Source: Nitrosopumilus sp. (GTDB taxonomy: Archaea; Thermoproteota; Nitrososphaeria; Nitrososphaerales; Nitrosopumilaceae). From it: a DNA stretch of 64,000 nucleotides. How positions within the stretch are numbered: the stretch's first letter is position 1; each line of letters opens with the position of its first letter. The position numbers were made by a program, and so were the translations under genes. Positions 27,739 through 38,027 of this stretch are shown one piece after another. Under the pieces are notes generated by a model. That model searched no databases. It was not told the origin of the DNA and saw nothing but the letters and a program-made list of their open reading frames with translations. The stretch covers positions 704,001-768,000 of the forward strand of contig OZ252243.1 in NCBI GenBank assembly GCA_965249555.1, given 5' to 3'.

Positions 27739-28881
27739 GAGACATGGGCATAATCTATTCTAATTTTTAACCGATTTCTCAAATTATTCAAATAGAAAAA
27801 GCCAAGGATCTCAATCATGTTTTGTTCATTGGAATGATTACAAAACAAATAAAAATCCCTGACAAGATTCTATGTGAGTCATTTCTTATTAGTATTTTGT
27901 ATCTGGTTGGAACACTATATCTGTATGAGAATGCAGTGAGACGAGGACGGCCATATGTCTATTCAACTGTTCTGATGGTTCAGTTATTCATCATAAAGTC
28001 ATGGATGAGAATTCCAAGTAACAACACACTGCATTATTTTCTCTCAATCAAATGTACCAATGACAAATTACTCAAGGTTTGCAGACTAAACCAAATCCCT
28101 GACAGAAGGACAATTGACAGAAGATTTCAATGCTTGCCAATCAATGAAATTATTAACACTGTAGGAAATTTGTTTGTCTCAGAAGGATTGGTGAATAGTG
28201 AATCAGCATCAGTTGATAGTTCAATGCTAAAAGCTTCAGGTCCAGTATGGCACAAATCAGACATCAAAAAGAATCACCTACCAATTGCAGGAATTGACAC
28301 AAATGCCAGGTGGGGATTCTCCAAATCAAAGGGTTGGGTGTATGGATACAAACTACACATGAGTTGCAGTACGGGAAGACTAGTTGTTCCATTATCTGCA
28401 TGTGTAACTACTGCAAATGTCCATGATAGCAAGCCATATGAGAAATTGATTGGGTCACTTTCTGGATTGATGAATAACATACTGTGTGATCCGGCATATG
28501 ATGATTCCAAACTATACGAGTCAACTAAGAATAATGCCATGAGATTAATCTGTCCGGTCAAAAAATACCCGTCTACGCCGCCAGCCAGAATAAAGTTGAT
28601 AGGGTTTTACAATTCAGCAGTTGGTCGGAAATTATATTCTCAGAGAAAAATATCAATTGAACCACTCTTTGAAATAATCAAGGATACGTTTAACATTAGA
28701 ACAGTTCCGGTGAAAGGATTTGAGAACGTACAATCATTCGTGCTGATTTGTGTGCTGGTGTATCAGTTGGCAGTGTATTATAATTGTGTAATTGGAAGTG
28801 GGAATCCAAGGATTGTGAAAAGAATGCTTTGTTGTTAGAGAAGAGTCTTGGTTTTTTTGTAAATCATTATGCCCAAGTCTC
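27739..28881 (+). mobile_element. Intact DDE insertion sequence (IS982/IS5-like) with 16-bp TIRs and an 8-bp TSD
   Basis: TIRs gagacatgggcataat / attatgcccaagtctc (1 mismatch); TSD agataatt at 27731-27738 and 28882-28889. Confidence 0.9.
27822..28838 (+). CDS. DDE transposase (DDE_Tnp_1-like)
   Basis: VDSS, GWVYGYKLH, TANVHD, CDPAYD and RKISIEPLF motifs. Confidence 0.92.
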   Translation: MFIGMITKQIKIPDKILCESFLISILYLVGTLYLYENAVRRGRPYVYSTVLMVQLFIIKSWMRIPSNNTLHYFLSIKCTNDKLLKVCRLNQIPDRRTIDRRFQCLPINEIINTVGNLFVSEGLVNSESASVDSSMLKASGPVWHKSDIKKNHLPIAGIDTNARWGFSKSKGWVYGYKLHMSCSTGRLVVPLSACVTTANVHDSKPYEKLIGSLSGLMNNILCDPAYDDSKLYESTKNNAMRLICPVKKYPSTPPARIKLIGFYNSAVGRKLYSQRKISIEPLFEIIKDTFNIRTVPVKGFENVQSFVLICVLVYQLAVYYNCVIGSGNPRIVKRMLCC

Positions 28882-29473
28882 AGATAATTGATAAAATTCA
28901 GGGAAGTGAAATTAATGATGGATTTATTGGTGGGATGCCTGGAGATGAGTTGACAGCCATATACAAGAACAATACAGGTACAGCACGTCTTACATTCTTT
29001 ATTGCAAATTTTGGCGCAACTATAGAACTTGACCAAAAAATATACAGGCCTACAGATAAAGTATACATTACAATTGTCGCACCTGATTTTAATTTTAATT
29101 CTAATATGATTGACAAAATAGGAATAAATCCTGAAAGCATCATAAATATTTGTACTCGTAAAGACAAGATGGAGAGATATCAACTGGTTGAAACAGGTGT
29201 AGATACTGGAATTTTTACAGGTGAAATTCAATTGGGTAGGAACGTAGGCGAACAGATATCAAAAACAAACGGCATTGGACCTACTGATGGAGAATTAATG
29301 TGTGAAGATGATGATTTCATAGAGGTTTCATTTAATTTGTTTGGAGATGAGGAGGTTTTAGGAAGAGCTAAGATAAAATCTGTTGTGAATAAACCATGAC
29401 TTTGTAAAACCGCATCAAGGATTGAATAGAAAACACCTGCAGAAGCAACAAACATTGATCTTGATTTGGGTAC

Positions 29474-29704
29474 TGACAAATATTTGGATTTGGTCAAGCC
29501 GGAACTAAAGTCGATTTTGTAAACAATTTGGGAAAGAGAATCAAGAAAATTACAATAGTCAATGAGGAGGATGCCATCAAAGTTACACCTACAGGTTGGA
29601 TTGATAAGAAAATATGGCAAGAGATAAATGATATTTTGGGACTTTGCAAGTTTTGTTGGTTGTCAAATGGCAAGGACAGTTGCAGGATTAGGATGAACTC
29701 TTAG
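29474..29704 (+). pseudogene. Possible small frameshifted hypothetical gene
   Basis: Open stretch VDFVNNLGKRIKKITIVNEEDAIKVTPTGWIDKKIWQEINDIL...KDSCRIRMNS* with no in-frame start. Confidence 0.35.
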
Positions 29705-29780
29705 ATCAATTCTTGATTTTTTACTATGTGTTTGATCAGCGTAGTATATGCTACTTGTATTGATTTGCCTATTCCACCTT

Positions 29781-29936
29781 GAAGATAGCATTGAGGTTAA
29801 AGCCTCGTATGGATACATGTCCGTCATCTTTTGATTGAAAGCATTCCCTAGCGAAAGCTATGCCTTGAGATGCAAAAAAGTGGAAAATGTATAAAAACAA
29901 TTCACATGGATACATCTAAAGTGCTTGGATACATAC
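29781..29936 (+). mobile_element. IS110 right-end relic (donor loop to TA 29911-29912) joined to an IS66 right-end relic
   Basis: Matches 6546-6677, followed by catctaaagtgcttggatacatac, which resembles the IS66 right end at 31387-31408. Confidence 0.85.
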
Positions 29937-29966
29937 TAATGATCATGTTTATAAATTCATGAAAAA

Positions 29967-31408
29967 GTATGTATCAACCTTTACGCATGAATCAACACTA
30001 TTACACAAAAAGATCTAAGATCAACTAAATCATCATACAAAACATGTCAGGTTGTGGTCATGAGAAAATCATCATACAGCTACAAGAAGAGATAAAACAA
30101 CTACAAGCAGAGATAAAACAACTAAAACTAATCACAGGGAATCTCATAGAATCAAACAAGGAACTGCAAAAAAAGCTGTCATATTATGAGAATGCGCACT
30201 CTCCGCCATCAAAGAATTCCCTTGAATGGAGAAAGCAAAAAAGACAACACAGACAGCCAGGCAAATCAAGACGTGGTGGAATAGCAGGACACGTTGGCAA
30301 GACACAGAAATTCAGACCAACTAGCACCAAACACCACAGATCAGATGCATGTCCCAAATGCGGTAGTGAAAATATTCATCAAACCAAAACCTGCAAAAGG
30401 ATAATGGTTGAGATTCCTCCACCAACACCCTACGGTATAACTGAGCATGTTTTGAATCAATACATCTGCATGGACTGTTCTGATAATTTTCAAACCACGG
30501 GAAACCTTCCACTACATGGATGTTTTGATGGTTCAGTGATACGTGAGGTCGTCTCACTGTTCTCAAAGAGATTGCCATATGATACCATCAGAACCACACT
30601 CTATGAAAGATATGGATTAGAAATCAGCAATACAACCGTACAATCCATTCTTCGCAACGGTAGTGTGATGTTAGAGTCATTTTACAATACAATCCACAGC
30701 GAAATCGTGACTGAAAAGATTCTCGGAATCGATGAGACAGGATTTTCAATTGATGGAAATACTGGATGGATGTGGGTTGCAAGAAGCAAGACTAGTGCAC
30801 AGTATGCCTTGGAGTACAGCAGAGGTGCCAATGTTCTAAAAAAGTACTGGAAGAAATTCAAAGGAACCCTAGTGTCTGACGGATATGCTCCGTACAGGAC
30901 AGTATTTTGTGATAACACAAAGCAGAGATGCACTGCACACCTGCAGCGCGATGCCAAATATCTGGCAATAAAATCAAAAGACAAAAAGGCCAGGATTCTA
31001 TACGAGAAACTCTCAGATATGCTAGGTCATGCCAGGGTTTGGAGTGTAGGTAATCGTCATACAAAACGGCGGGAAACGTACAGGAATGATTTACTAAAAC
31101 AGCTGGACCGTATCATTGCACGATATTTGAAAGGTGATATGGAGATGGTTCAGTTTGGCAAGAAGCTAAAGACTGCAAGGAACAGCATGTTTACGTTTGT
31201 CATGGATGGCGATGTCCCGTCAACTAACAATGATGCAGAGAATTCCATTCGAAAGTGCGTGATGCAGAGGAATGTTCGCGGGCAGATGAAGAGTGATCAG
31301 GGCATGAGGATGATCTCAGTCTTTCTCACATGCTTTGAGACATGGAGAATAAGGGAATTGAACATGTTTTCTGAAATGGCAAAATACATCTAAGTGCTTA
31401 ATACATAC
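29967..31408 (+). mobile_element. Intact IS66-family element (single-ORF type)
   Basis: TIR gtatgtat/atacatac; 8-bp TSD atgaaaaa at 29959-29966 and 31409-31416. Confidence 0.92.
30044..31393 (+). CDS. IS66-family transposase (TnpC-like)
   Basis: Coiled coil, HSPPS, CPKCG/CMDC zinc ribbon, GIDETG, LVSDGYAPY, QRCTAHLQR and TNNDAENSIR. Confidence 0.95.
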   Translation: MSGCGHEKIIIQLQEEIKQLQAEIKQLKLITGNLIESNKELQKKLSYYENAHSPPSKNSLEWRKQKRQHRQPGKSRRGGIAGHVGKTQKFRPTSTKHHRSDACPKCGSENIHQTKTCKRIMVEIPPPTPYGITEHVLNQYICMDCSDNFQTTGNLPLHGCFDGSVIREVVSLFSKRLPYDTIRTTLYERYGLEISNTTVQSILRNGSVMLESFYNTIHSEIVTEKILGIDETGFSIDGNTGWMWVARSKTSAQYALEYSRGANVLKKYWKKFKGTLVSDGYAPYRTVFCDNTKQRCTAHLQRDAKYLAIKSKDKKARILYEKLSDMLGHARVWSVGNRHTKRRETYRNDLLKQLDRIIARYLKGDMEMVQFGKKLKTARNSMFTFVMDGDVPSTNNDAENSIRKCVMQRNVRGQMKSDQGMRMISVFLTCFETWRIRELNMFSEMAKYI

Positions 31409-31426
31409 ATGAAAAATGTGTTAAAT

Positions 31427-31615
31427 ATGGAAGATATTATAAAAACAGGTGAAAAAGCCCCTAAAAGTGGAAATTATGAATATGCAGGACATCCTGAGAA
31501 AAAGACAAGCTGTAGTCCAACTAATGAAGAGAAAATCATTCCACTTGAAAAAGGAGAAATAGCACCACCAATAAAATCATGTGAAGAACCAGCTTTATGG
31601 AAATTTAGAAATTAA
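31427..31615 (+). CDS. YjzC-like small protein
   Basis: KTGEKAPKSGNY...IPLEKGEIAPP...W pattern. Confidence 0.7.
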   Translation: MEDIIKTGEKAPKSGNYEYAGHPEKKTSCSPTNEEKIIPLEKGEIAPPIKSCEEPALWKFRN

Positions 31616-31692
31616 AAATAATTAATTTCCACAATATACTTTTTTTCTATAATTCATATCTAGGTTAAGTAAATTTGTTATGTGGTTTCCAC

Positions 31693-31710
31693 ATTCACAT
31701 GGATACATAC
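31693..31710 (+). mobile_element. Minimal IS110 right-end/IS66 TIR junction relic
   Basis: attcacatggaTAcatac is identical to 6665-6682. Confidence 0.6.
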
Positions 31711-31950
31711 TTATTTTAAATGATACTATTAATTTGGGACGATCTAATTATAATTCTTAACAATGTCATTTCAGGACTTAAGATTTTATGTGATTCGAAC
31801 ACGAGTAAGCTATCGGCAACTAGAAGATCAGGCATACAAGAAACAACTCAAAAACATATGAGCTTGCAGTTTCATACTGTCTGAAGTTCAACTGTTCAGT
31901 GCATCATCTATGAAAAATCTGCAACGCCGTACTGCCAATTATTTTCTAAC

Positions 31951-33960
31951 TTATGTAATGGTAGAAGAATTACATGTTTTTATCAAAATCTTCTTTACCA
32001 ATTCTACTGCTTTTTGAATATCGTCATTAGTTCGAATAGCAGATCTAAAGTCTCCAAGAGTATGGGTACCGATAGATGAAACATCTTTTACAAATGTGGA
32101 TTCAAATATTATTTGATCATCTTTTTTTGTATTATAAGCAAGATATACATAATTTTTTAATGCCTCTATAGTACACAACACCTTGTCATTATTTTCTGTA
32201 GATATTCTAAAACCTCCATATGTATTAGTCATGTAAAACTTTGTATCTGGACATTCTGAAGAAATTTTATCTTTCAAAGTATTCCATAGATCTATACATT
32301 CCTTTCCATCAAGATGATCTTCTTCAAGAATATCTGGCTCAGAAGTAGGTATTGTTTGTATTTCTGGACACTTCCATATTGCAAGGGCTTGTTTAGTAAG
32401 ATACTCTGTACGTTCTTGCATGGTTTGTTCATTCCATTTGTCATATTTGATTAAATCTCTAGTAATTATCACATTACTATTTTTGTACGTTTCACATTTC
32501 TTTGAAAATGATTTATTGCCAAGCTTTGCATTATAACCTGTAAATGTAAGATTCCCAATTTTGTCAATATATGATTCATGAATTTCTTTATGCTTGTCTC
32601 CAAGATCATTTTCCCATGAAGGGTTTAGAGTTTGAGGCATAATATGTTCTATTTCGAGAGTATTAGGATCAACCAATTCTTTAGTTCTATTGTGTTCTAG
32701 TCTAGCAAGTATGTATCTACACATGGTTCTATTGTTGTATAATAATACTTGTTTTAGTTTCTCTGCAAATATAACATCTGTATGGAATTTTCTATTTCCC
32801 GATCTGGATGTCAAAAAGTTCTCTATACTTTTTACATAATTCTTTTCATCTATCTTTGGGATCATCTCTGGAAAAACCTTGTTTCCACCTTTGGTTGTTT
32901 CACACACATAACTTCGGAGTAAATAACTGTCAACTAGTAATAGTATTTTTTCTACCTGCTCCTCATCAAGTATTTTAGCATAGTCTGCTAAAACTTTTAA
33001 CATAAAAGAAAAGGCTACATTAGTGTCTTGAGTGCGTATGAATCGAAGTACTTTATAGATTTTATCAGATTCATGTTTAGATAAGGTCAAGATTTCTGCA
33101 TAATATTTTGAATATTTATGCATGTTTTGAATTTCTTGTTCTCTGTCACGATTTTGCATATGGTCCTTAAAAAATTCATAGGTTTGTTTCTTTGATACTA
33201 TTTTACCTCTATGCATGATTAGATAATTTCTTAAAAATTCATCAAAATCATCCTGTAACTCGGATTCCATAGGTTTCCAATATTTTTCGTAGAGTTCCTT
33301 TTGTTTGGTTTTGTTATGAGACATTAACATGTAATTTTGTATCATATCTGTATCAGACAAATTAAGACCAGTAGAATTCATACTTTCAAAAATAGCTTGT
33401 ACGTTATTTTCGACATCAACCATAACGCTTACTATAGCAAGTTTGTTTATCCCCCTCCAAACCAAATCAATATTCAAATCATTTAGTTCAGTTTTAAAAT
33501 AGTTATAATTTACAGAGAGGTTGCTTGATTCTGCTATTTCATTGTCATCTAATATATTTCTCAAGATTAAATCATCATCATCTGTCAATATTAATTTGAA
33601 ACGTTTGTCACCATCATCATGTAGATTAAACAACAAGTTTTCAATTATACCTTGCAATTTTTCGTCAATACCAGATGAGCTTTTTAATGCTTTTAGCAAC
33701 AACAGCAAAGTTGTCAGTCTTTGTTGACCATCAATAACTTGATAAATATTTACATCTACTGCATCAGTCAATTCAGGTAGATAGGTAATTGTTCCTAGAA
33801 AATGCTTTGAATTTGTATTATCTTTGCCTATTTTTTTAATGTCACAAAGTAATTGCTTACAGTGTTTTTTCTGCCAATCGTATGTACGTTGATATATTGG
33901 TATATTGAATTGATTTCGCCCGTCTAAGAGGGCTATCAAGTTTATGTATCTTGCCTCCAT
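31951..33960 (-). CDS. GmrSD-family (DUF262 + DUF1524) modification-dependent restriction endonuclease
   Basis: IPIYQRTYDW, VIDGQQRLTT and FESMNSTG (DUF262); IEHIMPQ..IGNLT..N (DUF1524 HNH). Confidence 0.9.
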   Translation of the reverse strand: MEARYINLIALLDGRNQFNIPIYQRTYDWQKKHCKQLLCDIKKIGKDNTNSKHFLGTITYLPELTDAVDVNIYQVIDGQQRLTTLLLLLKALKSSSGIDEKLQGIIENLLFNLHDDGDKRFKLILTDDDDLILRNILDDNEIAESSNLSVNYNYFKTELNDLNIDLVWRGINKLAIVSVMVDVENNVQAIFESMNSTGLNLSDTDMIQNYMLMSHNKTKQKELYEKYWKPMESELQDDFDEFLRNYLIMHRGKIVSKKQTYEFFKDHMQNRDREQEIQNMHKYSKYYAEILTLSKHESDKIYKVLRFIRTQDTNVAFSFMLKVLADYAKILDEEQVEKILLLVDSYLLRSYVCETTKGGNKVFPEMIPKIDEKNYVKSIENFLTSRSGNRKFHTDVIFAEKLKQVLLYNNRTMCRYILARLEHNRTKELVDPNTLEIEHIMPQTLNPSWENDLGDKHKEIHESYIDKIGNLTFTGYNAKLGNKSFSKKCETYKNSNVIITRDLIKYDKWNEQTMQERTEYLTKQALAIWKCPEIQTIPTSEPDILEEDHLDGKECIDLWNTLKDKISSECPDTKFYMTNTYGGFRISTENNDKVLCTIEALKNYVYLAYNTKKDDQIIFESTFVKDVSSIGTHTLGDFRSAIRTNDDIQKAVELVKKILIKTCNSSTIT

Positions 33961-34448
33961 AGGTTATATTTTTTTGATGAGATTAAACATCTTTCTATTG
34001 ATCTTTAGACTATTGACAAATTATTTTCAATAATCTTCTTATTCTTTTTGTCATCAACTACAAATTTACAGATACTTTTAGTTTTGACTTTGCTTCTGCA
34101 CGTTGTTTTGATAAAGTGTGGAGCTGGACTCTACAAATCTCTTCTTTATTGGAGTATTGAGAATTCTATTTACCATGATTGGTAAATGTATAATTTATCA
34201 TAACACCAAGATTGTGATTTTTCACATTGCTTGTCACAGGCAATAATTCTAGGTGATTGGGTACCTACAGCCTCTAGATTATTGTGGAATATTTCATAAA
34301 AATAATGGATGGACTTTGTATCATTTGCAAAAACAATCCCTGATGAATCATTGTTAGTATAATTCCTAGAATCAAGATACGCCGAGAATCTTTCCTGTAC
34401 TTTTTATAAAAACAAGACTCTCTATATCATGAAAAGCAGGGACAAAAT

Positions 34449-34763
34449 TTAATTTTTATTTGATTCAATTAAAAATAGATTTTTCTCGAATCTGCCTCGT
34501 TTCTCTGCCTTTTCAAGTTGAATTTTATCAAATTCTTTCAATGATGTGCCTCGTAGGTTTACAATTTTTTGAATAACTTCCACCATATCTGCAAGTTCTT
34601 CTACTGAACTACTTTCATGATATTCTTTCAACTCTTCATCTAGTTTTTTGTCTAGTTCTACTAGAAACTCTTCATCAGATAATGTTTTGATTTCACATGT
34701 TCTGCCATGTTCTTTGATGATTTCTGGAATCCTATCTCTGATAGCTTTATGATATTTTGTCAA
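34449..34763 (-). CDS. MazG-like nucleoside triphosphate pyrophosphohydrolase, copy 2
   Basis: Differs from 21016-21330 at one residue (EFGK vs EFDK). Confidence 0.85.
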   Translation of the reverse strand: MTKYHKAIRDRIPEIIKEHGRTCEIKTLSDEEFLVELDKKLDEELKEYHESSSVEELADMVEVIQKIVNLRGTSLKEFDKIQLEKAEKRGRFEKNLFLIESNKN

Positions 34764-34889
34764 ATTTTCTCCCTCAAAAAAGAATCATTTGTTATGTGAA
34801 TCATTTGTTTATAAAGATCATCCTGTGCAGGATCAAATTTTTTGAGGTAAGGAGTTACTTTTCTTTAAATTACATTGTTTATGAGAAAG

Positions 34890-35230
34890 TACTAAATTTC
34901 AAATTTACATCTGAAAATTTAAAAAAATTAAAAGAATTTTATTTTTTAGATTGGAAAGAACTAGTTCATGAAATATCAGAATTAAATAAATTTGAACCTA
35001 AAGGACAAGATAATTGGCAAAAATATTTTAAAGATTTGATAGTGCTTAGAAATGCTGTACCGAATGAAATTAGTGATAATAAAAAAACTGTATGTACTGT
35101 TGCATATTCAAATGAACATGGTTTGATTAGAATTTATCCAGTACCACCAAATGCTCCTATGAAACGCTGGAACATAATTTCAATTCCTCTTGAACGTAAC
35201 AAACAGGATAGTAGAGATGAGAGTAAAGAG
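34890..35230 (+). pseudogene. Truncated hypothetical gene
   Basis: Protein-like segment LIVLRNAVPNEI..KTVCTVAY..LIRIYPVP..KRWNII..ERNKQDSRDES ends abruptly. Confidence 0.45.
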
Positions 35231-35334
35231 TTGCTACCATGTACAAGGGTTACACAGACTAACTCAAAGTGAGCGGAGAACAAAATACCACACAGATGGT
35301 AAATGGGAGCATTCCACTAGATCAGGCAACTTGA

Positions 35335-35582
35335 TCAGAAAGGAGGCGATGGTAAAGTACCATGATACACTTCAAAATAATGATCAAAGCCTCTAGTAGA
35401 GTTTAATTTCACAATTGGTTTCCCAAGCACAACTTCAAGCTTTGCAAGATATGCACAAGTCTCTGGCAGTTCAGCTCCTGTATCACAAAAGAAATATTCC
35501 ATATCGGCAACTTTGTCTCTCATGTATACTGCAAGTGCACTAGAATCTTTACTTCATGTATTCCACATACATGTCGTACCAT
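35335..35582 (-). pseudogene. Frameshifted N-terminal relic of a PAPS-reductase-family protein (SspD/DndC-like)
   Basis: MVRHVCGI / KDSSALAVYMRD..EYFFCDTGAELPET..L..LGKPI..L; the SGGKDS PP-loop is disrupted by a frameshift. Confidence 0.7.
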
Positions 35583-35641
35583 AGTCAGTATACTCTTTCA
35601 TCGTGATATAACCAAGCGTTAAAAATCGATTAACCTGAGCA

Positions 35642-37048
35642 TTATGGCATTTTAATAACATTGAATCCATACTCATTACAAGTCTCGTAATGATTGCGTA
35701 TCTCACGTTTCCATCCTAATCTTGTATCAATTAATTTAATGGAGTGATCCAAGAGTGGTATTTGATCTCTGTATTTTTTATTTCGATCTACCAGGCAGCC
35801 CTCCCAGCTCGGGTCTGGTAGGGAACCACTCTTTTTGAGGTTACAGTCCTGACATGCTAAAACTAAATTCCATGCATCATCTGCAAAGATATACGACCAC
35901 GGCACAAAGTGATCCACATGTATGTAACCTGTCTCAAGCCTGTCACCACAATAAAAACAATGATTTGTATGTGTCAGATATGCATCACGGTATTTGCTCA
36001 AGGATCTTCTCTGAGGATCTTCTTGTTCTATCTTTGCTATTAGGTTGGGTAATGAACCGTTTATTTTTTCTAAGAATTTGGCCCACTCTGCAAGAACTGC
36101 CAACGAAAGTAAACTGTTATTGTCTTTGAAGAATCTAAATGCTTCGGGGTAAAGAGTTATCTTTTTTGCAGCATCATCATAGTCATAAAACACCTTCGTT
36201 AGATTTGAATATCTGCCTTCCACTATCTTTTGAAATCTTGGCACAACAAGTGATGTCTTTGATTTTTCATTACCAAAAACAGTCTTTAGGATGGTACGTT
36301 TGGCAAGACTCTTCTGTTCCTCATCAACAAGATCAAAATCAGCTGGCACAGAATCATTAAACACATCACGTATTGCTTGTATGACTTTGGGTGTACTTTT
36401 AATCTTAAAATCTTGTTTAATTTTGAATTTACATTCTTGATGCCAGTAATATTTCAGGAATTTGTCTGCAAGGTATTCGTATGGTATTACTCTATGTGCG
36501 TCATTCTCATCGTATGATGTTTCTTTACAATATTCTAACAGGGCACGAGCTAGGGCAAACTTGTATGTGTTGTCTTTACGTCCATTTCTAAGTATTGACA
36601 CAAATATTTTTTTTGGATCATTTTGATCCACACTGTCAGGCAGTACACTCTTCTTTGATTTGTCTAAACTTACTGTGGGTTTCTGGAATGTCTGATTTGT
36701 ATCTGTCAGTCTAATTATGCCCGTGCGTTTTGGTCTGTTCCAATCTACGATGATTTTTTTCTTTCTTAGTTTACTAATTTCCTGATCTATAATATTGTAA
36801 AAATCAGCTGATGTTCTTTGAGGCCCCCAGTATTTTGGGCTAAGCTGCAGTTCTTGGGCAAGATTTTCTATCAAATCCATTCGATTATGCCAAACAGGCA
36901 TGTTTTCATACTTGCTTTGTGATTGATCATTTGGAATTGATTTGTGCTTTTTTTCCTTCATCTCTGCAATGGTTATGCCCGGTTGACTCAGAGAATATTT
37001 TAGAAATTCTGGAATATACTTGCGAAATTGGTTAATGGATGTAGACAT
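35642..37048 (-). CDS. HNH endonuclease with a long N-terminal domain
   Basis: NTYKFALARAL; CFYCG..HVDHFVPWS..WNLVLACQDCNLKK. Confidence 0.88.
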   Translation of the reverse strand: MSTSINQFRKYIPEFLKYSLSQPGITIAEMKEKKHKSIPNDQSQSKYENMPVWHNRMDLIENLAQELQLSPKYWGPQRTSADFYNIIDQEISKLRKKKIIVDWNRPKRTGIIRLTDTNQTFQKPTVSLDKSKKSVLPDSVDQNDPKKIFVSILRNGRKDNTYKFALARALLEYCKETSYDENDAHRVIPYEYLADKFLKYYWHQECKFKIKQDFKIKSTPKVIQAIRDVFNDSVPADFDLVDEEQKSLAKRTILKTVFGNEKSKTSLVVPRFQKIVEGRYSNLTKVFYDYDDAAKKITLYPEAFRFFKDNNSLLSLAVLAEWAKFLEKINGSLPNLIAKIEQEDPQRRSLSKYRDAYLTHTNHCFYCGDRLETGYIHVDHFVPWSYIFADDAWNLVLACQDCNLKKSGSLPDPSWEGCLVDRNKKYRDQIPLLDHSIKLIDTRLGWKREIRNHYETCNEYGFNVIKMP

Positions 37049-37558
37049 GTCTAATTCTCACCAAATTTTTTCAACATTATGTTTAATTGAATCGCATATT
37101 AAAAATTATCAGATAAGATATTTGATTGCAAATTAATATCACTTGACAATCGTAAAAAACTAGACAAACATTCTGACGAATTTTTAGAAAAGATGTTATC
37201 TTTAATTAAAGAGGAAGTTAAAGAATTATAGTTAGTACACTTGCATCTTAGAGACATTTCCTGAATTTTCTTGATTTCAAGAAAGTGTTACGTTAGAGAC
37301 ATGGAATTATACGCCTGTTTTAGGATTCTGACAGTCCGGATCACCAAAATTGTACAGGTCATATTTTTAGAAATTCCGATTGGCAGTATTCAAGAATTTT
37401 TTATATCACTTTTGAGCAGAGGTTTTTTCAAGGGGTCGGGCAATCCTGAGATCCATGTTTGTCACTTTTGAGCACTGATTAGAATTTGTTACTAGAATAG
37501 ACCAACTGCCAGAAAGTATAATCTAAACAACTTAATAGGATAATTTCAAAAGTGGATC

Positions 37559-38023
37559 ATGCCATTAAATGTCGGGGATACTGCTCCAGACTTTGAACTT
37601 CCAGATACGGAATTGAAGTTGCGGACTTTGGACGAGTTCAAAGGGGGCAAAATTGTATTGTCATTTATCGTAGCTGCAAGCTCTCCTGTTTGTGAAGCTG
37701 AGCTGTGTACATTTAGAGACTCTTGGCAAGAGATCTCAGATCTTGGTGCAAAGATAGTATCAATTAGTAATGACGGTCCATTTGCAAACAAGGCATTTGC
37801 AGAAAAACACCACTTTAATTTTCCGTTATTGGGGGATTATAACAGCAAGACAATTCGCGATTATGACATATTGATGAAGGATTTGCTTCACATCAAGGAC
37901 TATAATGCCGCAAAACGTTCCGTATTCATTATAATGGAGGACGGAAAGATTGGTTACAGATGGGTTTCAGAGGATCCATTAAAGGAACCAAACTATGAAG
38001 AGATCAAAAGTTTCTTGAAATAA
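37559..38023 (+). CDS. Peroxiredoxin (AhpC/TSA/BCP-like)
   Basis: VGDTAPDFELPD, SPVCEAELC, FPLLGD and KRSVFII. Confidence 0.9.
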   Translation: MPLNVGDTAPDFELPDTELKLRTLDEFKGGKIVLSFIVAASSPVCEAELCTFRDSWQEISDLGAKIVSISNDGPFANKAFAEKHHFNFPLLGDYNSKTIRDYDILMKDLLHIKDYNAAKRSVFIIMEDGKIGYRWVSEDPLKEPNYEEIKSFLK

Positions 38024-38027
38024 GATT

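Larger units (their letters stand above)
26414..29399 (+). pseudogene. Membrane-anchored protein with S-layer-like C-terminal domains, split by an IS at 27739-28881; 5' end probably lost
   Basis: Removing the IS and one TSD rejoins ...RNVDGKII|DKIQGSE in frame. Motifs LTVIDPDAD, LKETGDSTAIFQG, ELDQKIY..TDKVYITIVAPDFN and LVETGVDTGIFTGEI resemble thaumarchaeal S-layer repeats. Confidence 0.75.
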
